Source of the DNA: the human T2T-CHM13v2.0 reference genome, Homo sapiens
Assembly: GCF_009914755.1 (NCBI RefSeq)
Contig: NC_060928.1
Strand: one strand, 5' to 3'
Length of the DNA stretch: 64,000 nucleotides
Of this stretch, positions 58,106-64,000 are shown piece by piece (position 1 is the stretch's first letter; the number at the start of each line of letters is the position of its first letter). Position numbers and translations under genes: made by a program. The notes beneath the pieces are model-generated. The model was not told the origin of the DNA. It made no database searches and saw nothing but the letters and a program-made list of their open reading frames with translations.

Positions 58106-58490
58106 GGGCCCCCACTTGGCGGTGGGCCCAGGCTGGGGGGTCTCCAGCTAGGATGTAGGGCGGTGGTGGGCCCAGGCTGGGGGGTCTCCAGCTAGGATGT
58201 GGGTGGTGGTGGGCCCAGGCTGTGTGGGGGGAGTCTCCAGCTAAGATATAGGGTGGTGGTGGGCCCTGGCCTGGGTGGGGGTTCTCCAGCTAGGATGTGG
58301 GTGGTAGTAGGCCCAGGCCTCGGGGGCTTCAGCTAGGATGTGGGTGGTGGTAGGCCCAGGCCTGGGGATCTCCAGCTAGGATGTAGGGTAGTGGTGGGCC
58401 CAGGCCTCGGGGGCTTCAGCTAGGATGTAGGGCAGTGGTGGGCCTAGGCCTGGGGGTCTCTAGCTAGGATGTGGGGTGGTGGTAGACCGA
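58106..58490. repeat. G-rich 43-49 bp minisatellite, ~8 copies
   Basis: ggtgggcccaggctgggggtctccagctaggatgt recurs. Confidence 0.92.
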
Positions 58491-59029
58491 GGCCTTGGAG
58501 GTGCTCCAGGCAGGGCCACAGCTGATTTGTCTGGGAAGGGAGGGGGCTTGTTTGGAGGGCTGGAGTAGACAGCAGCCAGGAGGAACTTCCTTTGGTAGTG
58601 GGAGGCCCCTCCAAAAGCACGCCTGCGAAGGCCCTAGGGCACCAGGGGACATGGGAGCATTCTTTGCTGTGCTCAGAGAGGGTGACATGGGAGAACTGGG
58701 GCCAGGTGGGCTTAATTTTCTGGATCCTGTGGCCCCTTGGGTTGGATCGGGCTGGGGTCTCAGGCAGAGCTGTTTCTGCACTGAGGCAGGGACTGCAGGC
58801 CAGTGACGGAGTGATCTTGTGTGACTCCATGCTCTCAGAGTCTTGCTGGAAACCCCCCTGGCTCTCAGACCCTCTTCTGTGAACCAGAAGTCTCTATCCT
58901 GCCTTCTGCTGAGGGTCACAGGATAAGTATCCATAGGTGTAACTCACACACCAGCACTTTGCAAGGTGTCCCCCCACCCACACAGAAGAGTTCCTCTGTG
59001 CCCGCAGGCAGGAGCAGCCCCCCACATAC

Positions 59030-59565
59030 ACACACAGTACATTCATTCATTCACTCACACAGTACTTTCATTCATCCACCCATTCAAATAGTACATTCAT
59101 TCATTCACTCACTCACACAGTACATTCATTCATCCATTCACACAGTACATTCATGCAATCATCCACACAGTACATTGATTCACACAGTACATTCATTCAC
59201 TAATTCACTCACACAGTACATTCATTCAAGCATCCATTCACACAGTACATTCAATCATCCATTCACACAGTACATTCATGCAGTCATCCACACAGTACAT
59301 TCATTCACTAATTCACTCACACAGTACATTCATTCAATCATCCATTCACACAGTACATTCATGCAATCATCCACACAGTACATTGATTCACACAGTACAT
59401 TCATGCACTAATTCACTCACACAGTACATTCATTCAATCATCCATTCATACAGTACATTCATGCAATCATCCACAGTTCATTCATTCATTCACACAGTTC
59501 ATTCACACACTTCATTCATTCATTCACACACTTCATTCATTCATTCACACCATTCATTCATTCAT
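59030..59565. repeat. Complex (CATT)n / CACACAGTACATTCATT repeat
   Basis: Direct inspection. Confidence 0.93.
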
Positions 59566-60678
59566 TAACCACAAGGTGAGTATTCCTTGCATCTCAGAGA
59601 TGGGGACAAAGGAGTGACCCCACTAGGCCCAAGGTTGCAGGGGGCTGGGGTGGAGTGGATACATTTTGTAGATTGGATTCTCTTATTCAGTAAAGTGTTT
59701 AGTGAATTGGTTGACAGCAATGCCAGGGTCCTCTGAGGACAGGGCCTTCCTGGAGGTCACTTGAGCCACTTGCCCCAAGGTGGTTTTCAGGAGAGTGTGG
59801 CTCAAGGCTGTGGCTGGAGCCAGTGGCTGCTGCCTGTCTGCAGCTGGGCAGAGCAGCCCCTGTGTCCACATCCAGCTCCACCTGGCTGCCCTGCCACGGC
59901 CCCAGCAGGCACCCCCTTGTCTTTGACACCCCCTTAGTGCCTGCTGCGGTTGGGTAAGTGTAGACCACAGTGTGAGTAATCGGCGCCCACACTCCCAGGG
60001 TGTTGGCAATGTTTAAAAGTTGTCTTAACCAAAATGTGTTGCTAAGGTTGGACTTTTGGACAACCGCAGGTGCTGTGAAGCTCCTTTCCCAGTCAGGCAT
60101 CGGGGGTGGAGTCTGTGCTGCTTAAATTGGATCTGAGCAGGCGGGTGTGGGGTTTCCATGGGTTTGTTTGTGAGCCGCGTGGAGCAGACGGCATACAGGA
60201 ATGCCTGGCGAGCCTCCCCTAACTGCCACCCTGCTCTGTTTCGCCTCAGGCTGTGGCCCTGCCCCGGGCCCCAGAACCCAAGATCCCTTCAGGGGGCAGG
60301 GGTCCCAGCTGAGAAGGGAGAGGCCTTCTTTACCTTTCTGCATGGGTTCTGGCATGGGGGCCCTCAGGGTCTGGCATGTCAACGGCTCTTTCAGGGCTTG
60401 CCCACAGCCCCTCCCTGGGGCGCGGCACAGGCACCCAGGCCTGGCCCAGCAGCATGGAGCTCCTGGCCACATCTGCTGACACCACACCAGCTGACTCAGA
60501 CGCGGAGTACCCACCCACGGGAGCGGCCGTCTCCTCCAGAGCACCCAGACTCCAGGATCAGTTTCTGGCTCCCCCAAGGGACCCTGCTGCGCATTTGAAA
60601 ACCCACCTGAAAAGTCCTGTGTTTGCCAGCCCACCCAGACACATCACACTTGCTTGTCCACTCACGGACATGTACCAA

Positions 60679-60973
60679 GGGCCTCGCTCCGGCCAGGCAC
60701 CACGGGCTCTGCACACACTGAGGGCCTCCCTCTGGCCAGACACCACGGGCTCTGCACACACCGAGGGCCTCCCTCCGGCCAGACACCACGGGCTCTGCAC
60801 ACACCGAGGGCCTCCCTCCGGCCAGGCACCACGGGCTCTGCACACACCGAGGGCCTCCCTCCGGCCAGGCACCACGGGCTCTGCACACACCGAGGGCCTC
60901 CCTCCGGCCAGGCACCATGGGCTCTGCACACACCAAGGGCTTTGCTCCGGCCAGGCACCATGGGCTCTGCACA
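60679..60973. repeat. 43-bp VNTR, ~7 copies
   Basis: gggcctccctccggccaggcaccacgggctctgcacacaccga tandem. Confidence 0.95.
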
Positions 60974-62149
60974 TATCTGCTTTCTAAAGGCTACTTTAGC
61001 CCTTGAGACTTCAGACTCGCAGGGATGGGGCCACATGGTCCAGTGGTTCTCCTGGCCCCCTCCCCCTCCCTCATCTTCAGACTCGAAGGGATGGGGCCAC
61101 ATGGTCCAGTGGCTCTTCCCGCCCCACTCTCCTCTGTCCCTCCTCTTCAGCACCCGCTGACTTCCTCCCTGGCCAAGACACCCCTGGCTGCTCACACCTC
61201 AGGGCCTTTGCACGTGCAGCTCTCCCTACCTAAAGGATTCTTCCTGTGCTGCCTTCTTCCTGCCATACAGGCCTCAGGGAGAACAGCTGCAGGCCCCACC
61301 CCCCACCCCCAGAGGAGTGCCTGGTCATACTCTGTCATGCCAGGGTTTTTTTTTCAATCAGAGCTCCTACAGAGAACTAAGCCTACCATAACCAGTGTGA
61401 GCAGACAGGGATTTACTATGGGGGCTAAGTGGCTTATAGAATTGTGAGGAGGGTTGAAGAGAGACTGTGGACTGAGTGTCCAAGGGTGACCTCCCACACT
61501 GCACAGCAGGACGGGGCTGCGGAGTGGCAGCTGGTCCCCCCTGTGCAGGAACCCGCCACCCCAGCAGCAGATGGCCACGTGCTCCTGTGTCCCTCTTGCC
61601 CACATGCCTCCATTCTGGATTCAGGTTTCTCTGAGCACTTCCGATTGATTGGCAGAGCCTGAATCAGGTCAGGGAATCCAGAGTCTTGGATTCAGCTTTG
61701 CAGCCTCTGCAGTCCAGGAGGACACCCAGAAGGAGGATGTGAATCGTGCCAGTGAGCTGAGCTGCAGCCCACACAGTGCTCATCCCCCTGCTCTTCTCTG
61801 ACTTATTTAGCTGACGCTGAGTGGGGACCTTGCCCGGCTGCTTCACCTCTGGAAGCACGACTGCAGCCACCATGCCAGGCTCACGGGAGGGCCAGCAAAC
61901 ACAGCACTCACTCTTATCAGGTTTCACAGGCACTCACTCTTATCAGGTTTCACAGTGGCTCTTCCAGTCCCACCTTGCAAAGGAGGCCAGGTCACTGCTG
62001 GCGAGCCACAGATCTGGGAGGAGAATCTGCTGCTACTATCTGGTTCTAAATACTGTTTTTTCTCCTCTGTGCAACAGTCCGCCTCCCTCGAATATGAGCC
62101 TATCCATTTTCAGTGACACTTGCCATAGTACCTTTTTCTATCCACGTTA

Positions 62150-64000
62150 AGATGTCAAGACTGCAGCAAAAAGGGCAGCATAAGGACCTCTGAGAATTCT
62201 CATCTTCCTCCAAGCAGTGAGGAAACTGGCAAAAAATGTCAGAATACATTTTAAGTACTCTGGAAATTAACCAAAGGCGTGCAGCAATCTATGTAGGGTT
62301 ATTTTATTTTATCGATAAAATAGGCTGAATCTTGGTAAGAACAGCATGCATTCCCACCCACCCCCTCCAGCTCTGTAGTAGCCTTAAAAATTAACAACCT
62401 ACATTTGTGATAAAAACTAACAGCCTGAGCTGGAGCTCTTTCAAAGCCTCATTTCCAGAAAGTCATTATTATTTGACCTATCTGGTGGTTCCCTAGAAGA
62501 CACCACTTGCAAAGCTGTCTGTTTCTGACTTGATTCAGAGCTTACCCAGCATGAAAAGACTTCTCCTGGGGCTATTGTTGAAAATAATAATTATAGGCAA
62601 TTGATGAACTTTGCAGTTGCCCAAGGTGGTGGCTAACAGTTGGGCAAGAAATAGACAAACTGAAAAAAAAAAGGAAAATCTGGGAAGTGAGATGTCAATG
62701 GGGAGCTTTGAAAAAATCCAACCTATTTCTGAGAATCTAGAAGGCCACACATATTCCCAGGTCTGAGCTCCAGAAATACCTCAGAAGGCACTGAGCTCAT
62801 ACTTCTGACTGACCTTCAGGCTCTATGCAAGCAGGAAGTGAGGGCTACTGCAGAGTTGTTAACTGCCCGACTGAGTGTTGAAAGCATTCTCTAATGCATA
62901 GAACCTCAAAACAAAAACTGGGAGATGACTGGTTCTGGGCCTTTAAGGAAATCTCTGTCTGGCCATTAACTGACCACTAAGCTAACTGAGGAGAGACTTA
63001 GTGGCCACACATGGTAGATAATACAGATTTTGCATAATTAATTCAGAAAAGTTAATAATAAACTACAACAAACTCTGGGGGAATGGAGGTGTATCTGGTT
63101 TCTGGAGTTGCCACATTATACTATTTAAAATGTTCATTTTTCAACAAAAAATTGTGAGATGTGAGAAAGCACAAGAAAGTATGACCTACACATGGGGAAG
63201 AAAGCAATCGATAGAGACTGTCATTGAGGAAGACAAGATGCTGGATGTACCAGACAAATACTTTAAATTTATGGTCTTAAATATCTTCCAAGAACAAAGG
63301 AAAACTTTTCTAAATAATTTAAAGTATAAGAGTGATGTTTTACCACATAGAGAATATCAGTAAAGGACAGAAATTATAGAGAACCAAGTAGAAATTCTGG
63401 AGTTGAAAAGTACAATAACTGAATTTAAACTCTCACTAGAGGATTTCAACAGAAGATTTGAGCAGGTAGTGTAAAGTGTAAGTAAAAAAGGAAATAGGTA
63501 AATTGAAAGTATCCAGCTTGAGGAAAAAAGAATGAAGAGAACTGACCAGTGACTCAGAGACCTGTGTGACATCATCAAACATACAAACAAATGCAAATGC
63601 ATAACTGAAGCCCCAGAAAGGGAGGAGGGAGATAAAGGGGCAGAAAATTATTTGATGAAATAATAGCTGACACTTCCCAAAGATAAAGAAAAATGTTTAT
63701 CTACACATCCAATAAGCTCAACCAATTCCAAGTAGGGAACATGCAAAGAGATAGCCACACTGACACACATCATTATCAAACCGTCAAAGCCAAGGACAAA
63801 GAGAGAATCTTGAAGGCATCAAGAGAGAAGCAACTCATCTCATACAGGAGATCCTTAGTTAGGTTAACACCTGACTTTTTACCAGAAAACATGGAGGCCA
63901 GTAGGCAGTTGGGTGACATATTAAACACATTGGAAAAAAAAATACTATCAACCAAGAAGTTTATATCTGAAAAAATAAAGGTGAAATTAAGACATTCTCA
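62150..64000 (+). mobile_element. Old L1M 5' region/ORF1 fragment
   Basis: aagatg start, ORF1-like remnants (EILELKSTITE, KPRTKRES, LTPDFLPENMEA). Confidence 0.75.

Noticed and set aside
58821-59568. His/Ser/Thr-rich ORFs
   Set aside because: Translation of a (CATT)n-derived repeat.

Overview
Human (primate) genomic DNA, recognisable as the 4p16.3 TMED11P-SPON2 interval. The only complete protein-coding gene is SPON2 (mindin, 331 aa, minus strand). Its CDS exons are 54743-54524, 54158-53935, 53862-53671, 53248-53074 and 50328-50144, with a non-coding exon 1, CpG island, TATA-like/CCAAT promoter and two poly(A) signals. Exons 1 (36400-36277) and 2 (5941-5841) of the unitary pseudogene TMED11P (p24alpha1/gp25L) are present, in frame, with canonical splice sites, separated by a ~30 kb intron. 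The rest is mostly mobile elements (L1, Alu, MaLR/ERV1 LTRs, Tigger1, MER2), a SNORA48 retrocopy and several VNTRs. The most notable observations: (1) a ~4 kb 45-bp VNTR that appears to have grown out of the RT motif of an ancient CR1/L3 LINE, with higher-order structure; (2) a 482-codon ORF inside the last SPON2 intron; (3) intact TMED11P 5' exons with a secretory-pathway promoter motif and a sense-oriented intronic LTR poly(A) signal. I cannot support a claim of a wholly new biological system. Repeat subfamily names come from recalled consensus sequences and need RepeatMasker/Dfam confirmation.
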